The notes: a model not told the origin generated them from the sequence alone. A stretch of DNA of 64,000 nucleotides from a virus (IMGVR_UViG_2513237251_000009); one strand, 5' to 3'. Counted from the first letter of the stretch, positions 26,182 through 35,092 are shown. Numbers and translations are program-made.

Positions 26182-26644
26182 AAGTAACCTCCGTTTATCT
26201 ACAGACTGCCATCCTGAATTTACCGTCCTTAATAAGACAACAATAAAAAACTAATTATATAAAAACAATAAAAATAATATACAAAAAAACTAAACAACAA
26301 AGAAAAGCAAATCATATCTGGCATTTTAATTGAAAGAGCAATTACCGAACAAAAGACGCTGACTATATACTCAAAACCAAACAACAATTCTGCCAATCAG
26401 GTATCATGGCAACACACGGAATTACCATGTTTTTGCCTTCTCTGCCCATACAATACGGGCATATACTTCATACTCTATTGTAATATTTCTATCCATGTGC
26501 CCCACTCCATTTACCTGTAAATAATATTCAAAATATTTATCACAGAAATCGTTTTTGGCCATGAACTGAGCACACTATAAAGTCCGGAACTGACTCTTTG
26601 TTAAATTACCTTAACGTTACCAGTAACACCTTCATAACAAAACA

Positions 26645-27118
26645 TCACGGTATACACTGGGTACGGATATATTCCTGTGCTCCTTCCAGTTGCTTCTGCA
26701 TTGCCATCAGCCGTTCTCTGAGGATGAAATAATCCCGTTCAGCGGCTTCTGCCAGTCGGGGACCGGTTGCATTATCCACGCCGGAGGTGATGGGGGCTTT
26801 ACGCAAGGAGCCTGGACAGTTGGCGTTGATGCGCAGGCGCTTACGACCAGCGGCAACATCAGCACGCAGAGTTTCATTTTCAGCTCTCGCATCAGCTAAT
26901 TCCCTCGAGTATCTGGCATCAAGTGCAGCAACATCACGCTGGCGCTGCTGCATATCAGTAATGGTTGCATTTGCCAGCTCCAGCTCACTGACTTTTTTAT
27001 CGCGCTGCTCTTTGTAGGTTATGGCGTTATCGCGGTAATGATTCAGCCCCAGACTAAGCGCACCACAGACCACCAGCAGAATAACGGTAAACGCGGAAAG
27101 CATTCGGTTTATGCTCAC
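26645..27118 (-). CDS. rz: i-spanin Rz
   Basis: 157 aa, N-terminal TM, lambda Rz-like (NHYRDNAITYK..., AERDYF.LRERL). Confidence 0.85.
   Translation of the reverse strand: MSINRMLSAFTVILLVVCGALSLGLNHYRDNAITYKEQRDKKVSELELANATITDMQQRQRDVAALDARYSRELADARAENETLRADVAAGRKRLRINANCPGSLRKAPITSGVDNATGPRLAEAAERDYFILRERLMAMQKQLEGAQEYIRTQCIP
26707..26892 (-). CDS. rz1: o-spanin Rz1 lipoprotein embedded in Rz (+1 frame)
   Basis: 61 aa; lipobox LVVSAC and Pro-rich PPSPPAWIMQP as in lambda Rz1. Confidence 0.7.
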   Translation of the reverse strand: MRELKMKLCVLMLPLVVSACASTPTVQAPCVKPPSPPAWIMQPVPDWQKPLNGIISSSENG

Positions 27119-27260
27119 CCCACCAGCCCTGCCGAAGTCAACGCCATCCAGGCCATGGAAAGAAAAAGAGCAACCAGCATTAGTGAAAATGAAATGCCGA
27201 CAAGTACACAGAGGCTCTTCACCAGCGTTATGAGTTTATCTGATATCATTAGCCACCCCA

Positions 27261-27830
27261 TCAATCCGCCTTTGTTATTTTCCCTTTGCCTGTATCAGCC
27301 AGGACAAAATCAATCAGCATATTCGCTTCATTTACCAGCGTACGGATTTTTGATACATGCGCGGCTTTAACCTGTTTCCACTCATTCAGCCCGGTAGCAA
27401 ACACACTGGCAATGTTTTTATCCCGTTTCATGTCAGCACAAGCCTGGTTGAGTTCTTCCATCACGCTCATTTTACGGGGATTAACGACAAAACCCTTCGT
27501 CCAGTACTCGTAAAGAACATCGTCGCACTCTTCCTGATACCGGATGACCTTATCGCGGATTTCGGGTTTTACTTTGTTGGGATTAATGGTTTGTAGCCAG
27601 CCGGCAAGTTTTCGAAGTGGCATGGACACCATATTGCGTTGGTTCCCATCCTCAGCAACCATAACGATTTCCGTTATAGTTGACGCAAAACGCTGTCTTA
27701 ACTTAGCCAACTGTGATTGCCAGGCCAGCCCCATCCCCGCAACGACAGGTTTCATGGGAACGTATGGTTCGCCATTATGGTTAACTACATAAAGAGAGTT
27801 GCCGTGAAACGGCACGGCCATCATATTCAT
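27261..27830 (-). CDS. Putative anti-repressor (Ant-like) inserted between R and Rz
   Basis: 189 aa; recalled resemblance to phage antirepressor family; not verified. Confidence 0.4.
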   Translation of the reverse strand: MNMMAVPFHGNSLYVVNHNGEPYVPMKPVVAGMGLAWQSQLAKLRQRFASTITEIVMVAEDGNQRNMVSMPLRKLAGWLQTINPNKVKPEIRDKVIRYQEECDDVLYEYWTKGFVVNPRKMSVMEELNQACADMKRDKNIASVFATGLNEWKQVKAAHVSKIRTLVNEANMLIDFVLADTGKGKITKAD

Positions 27831-28100
27831 CGGTTATTTCCTTTTAGTGATGAACCTTGTCTCACAGGAATCCAGCCCACAGAAAGGCACCGACAGCCAA
27901 ACCGGTATCCTCAAGGGTCATCCTGAAAGGTTCTGTGTTGTGAGATGCGCGTGAGATGCGCAGAAATGACAAAGGCATCATTACGGTGCCTGAGTGTTAA
28001 ACAACTGCTTTGACTTTATTCACTTACATTTTGCCAATTTGCAGGATTTCGTGTTATCCGTCCATGTAAGCAAACCTCATTTTTCAGCAAAATATTCTGC

Positions 28101-28634
28101 TTATCTGTCGATTCCCCAGCACGCCAGCGCGCTCTCCTGGTCACGACGGGATACCTGACCGTAACAGTTATTTGAGCGAATACGGCAGTCCCTGCCACCG
28201 TCCTTAATCCACCAGCGAATCGCTTCGCAGGCACCTTTTCGATCTCCTGCATTAATCCGTCTGTAAAACGTCGACGGGAAACACTTACCGGGGCCAATGT
28301 TGTACGGACAGAATGACGCAATCCCCGCTTTCTGGGGTTCGGTCAGTGGCACTCTGATGTTTTTCTCCACCCATGCCAGCGCCTTATCACGCTCAATGGC
28401 GTTAACCCGGTCGCATTTTTCCTTCGACAGCTTCATGCCAGGAATAACAGGCTTACCATCCACCCGGGTGGCTCCACGGCAGATGGTCCAGATACCCGCA
28501 CCATCACGGTATGCTGTGGTGTGGTTACCTTCCTTTTCATCCAGAAACTGGTCGAGGATTTCAGGCGCAGACGCCCCTGCACCAATCAGCGCCAGAACGG
28601 CAGCCGACAGGCCGTATCTGATTTTTGCGTTCAT
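28101..28634 (-). CDS. R: SAR-endolysin (lysozyme R)
   Basis: 177 aa; Gly/Ala-rich N-terminal signal-anchor-release segment then lysozyme-like region resembling P1 Lyz/phage 21 R. Confidence 0.85.
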   Translation of the reverse strand: MNAKIRYGLSAAVLALIGAGASAPEILDQFLDEKEGNHTTAYRDGAGIWTICRGATRVDGKPVIPGMKLSKEKCDRVNAIERDKALAWVEKNIRVPLTEPQKAGIASFCPYNIGPGKCFPSTFYRRINAGDRKGACEAIRWWIKDGGRDCRIRSNNCYGQVSRRDQESALACWGIDR

Positions 28635-28684
28635 GGATATTTATCAGGGTTTATCGATTTCAAATCCCTGGATATGTTAAGTCT

Positions 28685-29032
28685 TCAGGCCAGCGGTGGA
28701 GTCTTCAGAGAACCCGTAATTATTCCCGGTAGTTTTCCTCTGTAGGTTATCAACACATCCTGCGCCTCTAAAATTACGGGACGCTTTTCCGGTAACGGAC
28801 CATCCCCTTCACATAACCCGGCAGCAACATCCATGAAAAACTGCTTCGCCTGCTTTTTCGCCTCAGCTTCGTAAAACTCCAGCGTGGCACCTTCAGTACG
28901 GTCAAGACTAATCGCCACATCTGGCAACAACAGTGACGGATACCCACCAATTTCCGGTGCCACAGTAACAGTAATCTTATCCGGGTAATTATTTATCCCT
29001 TTAACAACCAGTTCGTATTTTTTCTTCATCAC
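28685..29032 (-). CDS. DUF1327-like protein (YdfR-like) between holin and endolysin
   Basis: 115 aa; position matches ydfR of the K-12 Qin lysis cassette. Confidence 0.5.
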   Translation of the reverse strand: MMKKKYELVVKGINNYPDKITVTVAPEIGGYPSLLLPDVAISLDRTEGATLEFYEAEAKKQAKQFFMDVAAGLCEGDGPLPEKRPVILEAQDVLITYRGKLPGIITGSLKTPPLA

Positions 29033-29033
29033 T

Positions 29034-29240
29034 TTACTCTCCCCGCGCCGCCTTACGCCGGTCTTCTTTAATCTTGAAATACAGGTTCGTCAGATATGTC
29101 AGCAGCCCAAACAGCAGACTCCCCAGCACGCCTATCGCCACCCACTGGGACGGAGAGACTTTGTCCAGCAGCTGCAGTAACCAGTATCCCGTCCCCACCG
29201 CTGACGTGGTGTATGACACACCCGTTGTGATTTTTTCCAT
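29034..29240 (-). CDS. S: Class II holin / pinholin (S21-like)
   Basis: 68 aa, two TM segments, ...[22 protein letters not shown] resembles phage 21 S. Confidence 0.85.
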   Translation of the reverse strand: MEKITTGVSYTTSAVGTGYWLLQLLDKVSPSQWVAIGVLGSLLFGLLTYLTNLYFKIKEDRRKAARGE

Positions 29241-29284
29241 CTGATGTATGTCTCCGTCACCGCCAACAGAAAATGAAAGTAAAG

Positions 29285-29321
29285 GAAAACAAAAAAGCCG
29301 CCAGTGTCACCCACTGACGGC
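29285..29321 (-). terminator. Intrinsic terminator on late strand about 45 nt upstream of holin
   Basis: Minus-strand hairpin gccgtcagtg/cactggcggc followed by TTTTTTGTTTT. Confidence 0.5.
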
Positions 29322-29418
29322 CAACGCCGGGAGCCGTGATTATGGCATTCAGGCTCTGCTAAAAATGCCAGATAACATTCCGGCCTCCCCCGATTCAGGT
29401 TATAAATGACACAATATC

Positions 29419-29538
29419 TTGACAACATCCGTCACTGTCTGTCAGAAAATGTACTGCCATATAGAAGCAACATGTGAAGTACATCTATCCTTTTGAGCCA
29501 GCACCTCTCCACCGAAAGTCAGTGCTGGCTGTTTTTTT
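29419..29538 (+). ncRNA. Candidate small transcription unit 1 (TTGACA box to intrinsic terminator), antisense to late operon
   Basis: TTGACA 29419..29424; hairpin gccagcac/gtgctggc plus T7 at 29497..29538; no ORF. Confidence 0.25.
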
Positions 29539-29586
29539 CCTTAATAAAGCATCTGTAACTGAAACAATCCGCATATTGATAATATA

Positions 29587-29687
29587 TTGACAGGCATCAT
29601 TGCTGTCTGTGAAAAATAAGTCTCTACAAACATATAAGGCCTTTTAGCCAGCGTCTTCTTTTTCAGGTCAGTCGCTGGCTTTTTTTA
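29587..29687 (+). ncRNA. Candidate small transcription unit 2, paralogous to unit 1
   Basis: TTGACA 29587..29592 followed by the same CTGTCTGT box; hairpin agccagcg/cgctggct plus T7 at 29646..29687. Confidence 0.25.
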
Positions 29688-29730
29688 TTATGCTGCCGGT
29701 GCATTTATCTCCAGCATCAGACTTTCTATC

Positions 29731-31539
29731 TCAAACGCCATACGCTGCATTTTTTGTAACATCCGTCAGCGTCAGCGCATTCAGTCCCAGTGTCAGACTG
29801 TCTTTTATAACCTGGAATGCCGGGCCAGCCACTCCATTCAGTTTCGGAGTAACCGTGGCACTGCCGGCGGTGAACACCAGCTCCAGCGTCTGCCAGTCGT
29901 TACCGTAATCGCCGAACTCCCCCAGCTTCGTGTTTCCGGCTTTCCTGTGATGCATCAGATTCACTCTGCCGTCAGTGGTCTGAGTGAAGTACGACATCAG
30001 GAACGGATTACCGGTACCCGTCATCGCCACACCATCAGGAACGGGAGCGTCCGTATACAGATAAATCCCCAGCCCGAACTGATTGTTGGTCAGTGCGCCT
30101 GACAGGCGGAACTTACAGGTCAGTCTGCCGCCCTGTGTCAGCAGGGTAATTGCGTCATCCACCGGATGCGTCAGGGACCAGGTTTTATTGCTCTGCCTGG
30201 TGATCTTAAATACACCATCTGACAACTGAATTCCGCCATCCTTAATGCTCCAGCCCTGCGCAGCAGCCTCTCCGGCTGCCGGCAGCAGGGAGATTGTGCG
30301 AACGGACGTATCTGCAGACGGACCCGATGGCGTGTTGCCGCCGGGCGAGGGTTTGATTTCCGGTGCCTTACCACTGATGAAGGCTGAGGTGCGCCCGGCT
30401 GCGTTCAGAATAGCGGTTGCCAGACGATCCGGAATAATGCTCCTGCGCGCCCATGAACTGAAATGTGTCGGGCGGTTTGATGATACCTGGTTTCCATTCG
30501 TTCTCGATGCCGCACCGTAATATCCTGATGCCGGAATATCCGGATCTTCTGCCGGCGCGTTAGTGGCGGTATTGACGCCGTTACCGTCTGTCATGAAGGG
30601 CACAAAATAAACGCCCTCACTCTCCCTGTTTTTATACCCGCCGTACACGGTGTCGTACTGGGTAGCGTATGTATTTTTCCAGTAATACGTCGTGTCACCA
30701 CAAATCCACGGCACATCTGCAGCACTGCCACCATGGCACTGCGCGTTAAACACGGAGAGGTCAGCACGAAACTGTGTCAGCATGGCTGTAAACAGCGCAG
30801 GTTGCTGTGCGTGGGTGGCGGCGCTCATGTCAAACTCTCCCTGCATCCAGCACACCGCCAGCAACACATTTTTCGGGTTCTTCTGTAATGCAGCTTTGGT
30901 GCGCGCAATCAGGTCCTGATATAACGGTTTACCCACACCCCAGCGCGCCGAATCCTGGCTGGCCCCCGTGGACTCGCTGAATATCCCCTCCGCGCCCTGG
31001 GTAAATGCCGAACCACCACGACAGCATGGTACCAGCAGGATCCCCGCGTTATTCGGGATATACGGGAGCAGTTTTTTGGCAATATGTAACCCCTGGCCGA
31101 CACAGCCGTACTGCCCTTTGCTCAGGTCTGCCTTCGGATGATTCAGCGTACTCATATCCTGCACATCATGCAGGCAGTGGTCGGCCGGAATAATATCGTT
31201 ATATCTGCAGGCAGCCCCACCCGGCGTCACTGTACTGCGGCGCGCCAGCTGTTTAATGCGCGGATCCGGAGCATCGTATGAATCCGGCAGCGGAAGCCCT
31301 TCACCGTAAGCCATGGCATTGGACTGCCCGGCCAGTACGATGACGTAGTACCAATCCGGCTCAGTTGCACCACTGACCACCACATCACCTTCTGCTGTAA
31401 TCGCCTGCATCAGGGTATAAGGGGTTATGGCCACCGGACTACCAAACGGCTGCCAGCCCTCTTTCAGTTTGTGTGTCAGCTTTTCCGCAAGGTCTGACGG
31501 CGACGCCGCCCTGACAACATCATAATGTTTAATCGACAT
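29731..31539 (-). CDS. nanS: Prophage NanS-p-type sialate O-acetylesterase (DUF1737 plus SGNH hydrolase)
   Basis: 602 aa; N-terminal DUF1737-like segment, GQSN block of SGNH esterases; sits upstream of S as yjhS/nanS-p does in Stx phages. Confidence 0.75.
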   Translation of the reverse strand: MSIKHYDVVRAASPSDLAEKLTHKLKEGWQPFGSPVAITPYTLMQAITAEGDVVVSGATEPDWYYVIVLAGQSNAMAYGEGLPLPDSYDAPDPRIKQLARRSTVTPGGAACRYNDIIPADHCLHDVQDMSTLNHPKADLSKGQYGCVGQGLHIAKKLLPYIPNNAGILLVPCCRGGSAFTQGAEGIFSESTGASQDSARWGVGKPLYQDLIARTKAALQKNPKNVLLAVCWMQGEFDMSAATHAQQPALFTAMLTQFRADLSVFNAQCHGGSAADVPWICGDTTYYWKNTYATQYDTVYGGYKNRESEGVYFVPFMTDGNGVNTATNAPAEDPDIPASGYYGAASRTNGNQVSSNRPTHFSSWARRSIIPDRLATAILNAAGRTSAFISGKAPEIKPSPGGNTPSGPSADTSVRTISLLPAAGEAAAQGWSIKDGGIQLSDGVFKITRQSNKTWSLTHPVDDAITLLTQGGRLTCKFRLSGALTNNQFGLGIYLYTDAPVPDGVAMTGTGNPFLMSYFTQTTDGRVNLMHHRKAGNTKLGEFGDYGNDWQTLELVFTAGSATVTPKLNGVAGPAFQVIKDSLTLGLNALTLTDVTKNAAYGV

Positions 31540-31852
31540 CGAATTTCTCCCGTGTACAGGAACAGAGTTAAAAAGCCGGAACCGGAATCAAATCACAGGA
31601 TGACCATCTGCCAGTGGCTGGTCGTAAAAAAAAGCCGCGCCATGCGCAGCCGGAAATAAAGGGATAACGATGATAGTTTGAGAAAAACAGAAACAACACT
31701 TTTGTGGCAAAGCATGGTGCCGGGTGCCTCCCGGTGAATTCAGTATCAGCACCTGAATCCGCGATTATCCCATATACCTGGTTGCTGATCGCCCCTCCGC
31801 ACAGGGGGATTCACCATGCAGAAGTGTTTTTAATAAACAGCAAACAAAAAAA

Positions 31853-32020
31853 TCAAGCATTATGCAGGCTGTTTCTTTTTATCACCGGCCACAGCAATAC
31901 CACAATGCCGCAGACCAGCACCCCATCCGCCAGCACCGACATGATTCTGCTGGTGAAATCCACCATCACCACCAGAAACAGCAGGAGTGCAGCCACAGCC
32001 AGGCGCAGTTTTACCGTCAC
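31853..32020 (-). CDS. Small hydrophobic protein (about 55 aa) translationally coupled to TerB-like gene
   Basis: GTG start overlaps the TerB-like stop (GTGA), SD ggag 8 nt upstream; one to two predicted TM helices; below ORF-track size cutoff. Confidence 0.3.
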   Translation of the reverse strand: MTVKLRLAVAALLLFLVVMVDFTSRIMSVLADGVLVCGIVVLLWPVIKRNSLHNA

Positions 32021-32448
32021 AGGTGATTCTCCAGACGAAGACCCAGAACACCGGCAATCTCTTCCAGCACCTTGCGCTCTTCCGGCTCAATTTCGCCGTC
32101 TGCCTCCGCAATGGCCACCGCCACATCCAGCACATCTTCCGCTTCACGCGTATCGTGTTTCACATCCTCAATCTCACGTAACGCCGCACGACGACCAGTT
32201 TTAAAGTTCGTATCCAGCTGACCGATAATGGTTGCGCTAATCGCATTAATTTCTGACGTAAACGCGGACAGCGCAGGCTGATTACGCAGTACCTGTTCGA
32301 TCTTCGCTTTCTCGGATGCCTCACATTCACCATCTGCACAGGCCACCAGGTATGCGGCGTTAATCACCACCTGTGCCAGATCGCGTTTTTCAAACTTTTT
32401 AATTTCCGTTGCCGCTCTGCGGGTTTTCTTTTTGAAGATTCCAAACAT
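32017..32448 (-). CDS. TerB-like domain protein
   Basis: 143 aa from ATG 32448 (MFGIFKKKTRR...); acidic helical protein resembling tellurite-resistance TerB fold by pattern. Confidence 0.45.
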   Translation of the reverse strand: MFGIFKKKTRRAATEIKKFEKRDLAQVVINAAYLVACADGECEASEKAKIEQVLRNQPALSAFTSEINAISATIIGQLDTNFKTGRRAALREIEDVKHDTREAEDVLDVAVAIAEADGEIEPEERKVLEEIAGVLGLRLENHL

Positions 32449-32617
32449 CGTGACGTTCCTTTGGGTGGGTGAGCCAACGCCCGGGAGCGATCTGCCCACA
32501 GAGAAAGTCACACTGACCACTCCGTAAGCTCACCCCCGAAAGGCTCTGTGGTTGGTATGCGCCGGGCGTGGCGCAGATACAAAAAAGGCCCGCCGAAGCG
32601 AGCCTGGAAAATAAGTG

Positions 32618-32694
32618 TGGCGCGTTGTAGTGGAGTCGAACCACTGACCGATTGCTTAGAAGGCAATTGCTCTGTCCGGCTGAGCTAACAACGC
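32618..32694 (-). tRNA. argO: tRNA-Arg (anticodon TCT)
   Basis: 77 nt, 7-bp acceptor stem GCGTTGT/ACAACGC, anticodon loop CTTCTAA, T-arm GGTTCGACTCC, encoded CCA; terminator hairpin downstream. Confidence 0.85.
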
Positions 32695-32794
32695 AGAATA
32701 CCGATAATGGACCGCCATCGGGGACCCGGCCCCGCACCAACAACCCTGTTATGGTGTCGTCTGCTCTTCCTGATAAGCTAATGGCGGTTTGTGA

Positions 32795-32870
32795 TGGTGG
32801 CCCTTGCTGGATTTGAACCAGCGACCTGGCGATTATGAGTCGCTCGCTCTCACCACTGAGCTAAAGGGCC
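32795..32870 (-). tRNA. ileZ: tRNA with CAT anticodon (Ile2-lysidine type or Met)
   Basis: 76 nt, acceptor GGCCCTT/AAGGGCC, anticodon loop CTCATAA, T-arm GGTTCAAATCC, encoded CCA. Confidence 0.8.
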
Positions 32871-32898
32871 GAGCCAAAAAATAATAATCAGATGAAAA

Positions 32899-33612
32899 TC
32901 AATAATCAAGCCCTTGCCTGGATACATATCTGTCTGGCGGGAAGCCATAATAGCGGTGAAATACAGAAATAAAGTAGGACCGGCTTGAATAACCACATTT
33001 TTCTGCTACAGCCTGTCCATATCCATACCGGGAACATAACATATTTACAGCAACACGCATCCGCTCTTCCAGCAACAAGCGACTGAACATGCCCCCTTCA
33101 TTTTTCAGTTTTGTCTTTAACAAACTCTCACTCATATGCAACTGTAGAGCAATCGCACCAAGCGTCCAGCTTGCTGATATATCTGTCTGAATTATCGCCC
33201 TGACTTTGGCACTTATGCTGGATAAACATCCACTTAAAAACAATGACATCCGTTCATCTGTTTCAAACAGAGACAGGCAGGCCATCATAAGAAACATATC
33301 CGTGACCTCTCCGGAAAATCCCTGGCTGGTAATTAAAGCCGCAGCCAACGCAGGATTGTTGGGTTCCAGCAACAGGTAAAGCGGAATGTCAGTCAGACGA
33401 GTCCTCGTCAGCTTATGCTGACTTTCCAGATATTGACTTACGACGGATTCGCTTATATCGACAATTTTAACTTTGCCATAATGCATAAGGAAAAGCTCCC
33501 TGATGCATTTGGTGGCCAGAACGACTGAGCCTGGCTTAAGTGACAACGTATCCTTTTCAAGAAAAATATTAATTGGGGAGCAAACCATGATAACTGAACA
33601 GACAACAGCCAT
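32899..33612 (-). CDS. AraC/XylS-family transcriptional regulator (prophage cargo)
   Basis: 237 aa with C-terminal double HTH (...YSSRSYFISVFHRYYGFPP). Confidence 0.8.
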   Translation of the reverse strand: MAVVCSVIMVCSPINIFLEKDTLSLKPGSVVLATKCIRELFLMHYGKVKIVDISESVVSQYLESQHKLTRTRLTDIPLYLLLEPNNPALAAALITSQGFSGEVTDMFLMMACLSLFETDERMSLFLSGCLSSISAKVRAIIQTDISASWTLGAIALQLHMSESLLKTKLKNEGGMFSRLLLEERMRVAVNMLCSRYGYGQAVAEKCGYSSRSYFISVFHRYYGFPPDRYVSRQGLDY

Positions 33613-33747
33613 TATAATTTTACTTTCATTAGCAATTGGTTAGCTCAATTATAGCCCCAAAAGGTAAATTATCATCAACACATAAGCAAAGGACTGACAG
33701 GTGCCGCCCCCCCCACCAGCCGCCCATTTACCACAAATAAAAAGCCT

Positions 33748-33945
33748 TCAGGACTGAATGCGTCTGTAACAACCGCACTGATAGTCTGCCAGACCCGCCA
33801 TAACCAGCTGGGTCAGTATTAACTGGCAGCGTTCGCGTGAAAGGTAAGTATTCTGCGCAATCTCCCCGACTGTCGCCGGTTCGGTAACGCTTAATTCATT
33901 AAACACCACTCTGGCGGTTTCTGTCATATCCTGCTGTTTTAGCAT
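33748..33945 (-). CDS. Hypothetical small winged-helix-like protein
   Basis: 65 aa from ATG 33945 (SD aaggga); ...TVGEIAQNTYLSRERCQLILTQLVMAGL... HTH-like. Confidence 0.4.
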   Translation of the reverse strand: MLKQQDMTETARVVFNELSVTEPATVGEIAQNTYLSRERCQLILTQLVMAGLADYQCGCYRRIQS

Positions 33946-34068
33946 GTCTTTTTCCCTTTTCCGGTTAACGTGACATACCAATAACTCTTGTCGAAAAAGC
34001 CAGCAAGTTGAAAGACCGGTATTAGCAACCACCAGCGCGTTTAACGCCCCGTGCCGTTTTTCAGTCAT

Positions 34069-34093
34069 AAAAAAACCCGCAAAAAGCGGGCTC
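34069..34093 (-). terminator. Intrinsic terminator about 80 nt downstream of Q (tR-prime-like)
   Basis: Minus-strand hairpin cccgc-ttttt-gcggg followed by TTTTTTT. Confidence 0.5.
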
Positions 34094-34169
34094 TTTCAAA
34101 TGTCCATGTCTGCTATTCGCCTCGCGGTACAGCTTTGCGAAGCTTACCGGAATTGAAGCAGTTTTTACG

Positions 34170-34736
34170 TCAAAAAGCAATAACTTTTTTCTCTATACCA
34201 AAAGCCATAACCATTGGTTTGTACAAAATAAATTCTGCCACCTTTAGCCAATGCTCAATGCGTCTTTCACAGGTTCTTAAACTCCATTCCGGATGTGCAT
34301 CATTCAGCAATTCAGCCATTTTGCGCTTAGTCATCCCCCGCCCCACATAACGCTGACTCAGAACATTGAGCAGCCCGGGATAACCTGCCAGTACTTCACC
34401 AATAACCCTATCGATTATTAACGCCTCTGAATCGGTACAATGTGCCAGCCAGCTTTTTTGATTGCCGTTGATCATATCCCGCAAAAAAGCCTCAAGTTCA
34501 GGTTTGTCCAGACCCGCTTTTTTCATCCTCCGGAGCGCCTCGTTAATTGCCGTTTTTGTCAGCTTTTTAGAGGTCAGTAATTGGTTGAACATATTTCCCG
34601 TCTTACCGTCGCCAATATACGACCAACGCCCCCACATACGCAGTTTCCCCTGGATCCAGACACTTTCCAGCGTTTTCAGGCGTAAATGCTCACCGCTTTT
34701 GCCTGTAATTTCCGGGTATATCATATTTATGCTCAC
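34170..34736 (-). CDS. Q: Putative late-gene antiterminator Q
   Basis: 188 aa; position between RusA and the late cargo/lysis genes; recalled resemblance to phage antitermination Q family; not verified. Confidence 0.5.
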   Translation of the reverse strand: MSINMIYPEITGKSGEHLRLKTLESVWIQGKLRMWGRWSYIGDGKTGNMFNQLLTSKKLTKTAINEALRRMKKAGLDKPELEAFLRDMINGNQKSWLAHCTDSEALIIDRVIGEVLAGYPGLLNVLSQRYVGRGMTKRKMAELLNDAHPEWSLRTCERRIEHWLKVAEFILYKPMVMAFGIEKKVIAF

Positions 34737-34786
34737 TCACTTTCAATTTTGTAAATCTTCACGCCCAGCCGCCCACCAGAAACGAG

Positions 34787-35092
34787 CTAGCCGCGCACAA
34801 TATTGATTTCATCAAACTGCTCGTCGTCTATGAGAAGTCCGGCATGCGTCAGCGCATCCAGTGGTGCTTTCAGGATATTGTCCAGGTCACGACGGCGCTT
34901 ATCCGGTGGCTCTGCAATAATCTTTATCGCCAGCCTTCCGGACAGGTTTAATTTCAGCCGCTGCTGGCGAACAATAAGTGCCACATCCCGGCGATAACGC
35001 TCACCGGCTTTTGATACAAAATATGTGCTGCCACGACGTCGCCAGTAGGTGTTCACCGTCGGCGGGTAAGGCAAAACAAACTCTATACGCAT
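34787..35092 (-). CDS. rusA: Holliday junction resolvase RusA
   Basis: 101 aa, RusA family pattern (MRIEFVLPYPPTVN...RRDLDNI). Confidence 0.8.
   Translation of the reverse strand: MRIEFVLPYPPTVNTYWRRRGSTYFVSKAGERYRRDVALIVRQQRLKLNLSGRLAIKIIAEPPDKRRRDLDNILKAPLDALTHAGLLIDDEQFDEINIVRG

Noticed and set aside
31704-32204. 166-aa plus-strand ORF overlapping the TerB-like gene
   Set aside because: Antisense to the better-supported TerB-like ORF; proline- and histidine-rich, low-complexity translation.
31540-32900. Shiga toxin genes in the slot between tRNAs and nanS-p
   Set aside because: No ORF resembling StxA (about 315 aa) or StxB (about 89 aa, signal peptide); the slot holds the TerB-like pair instead.
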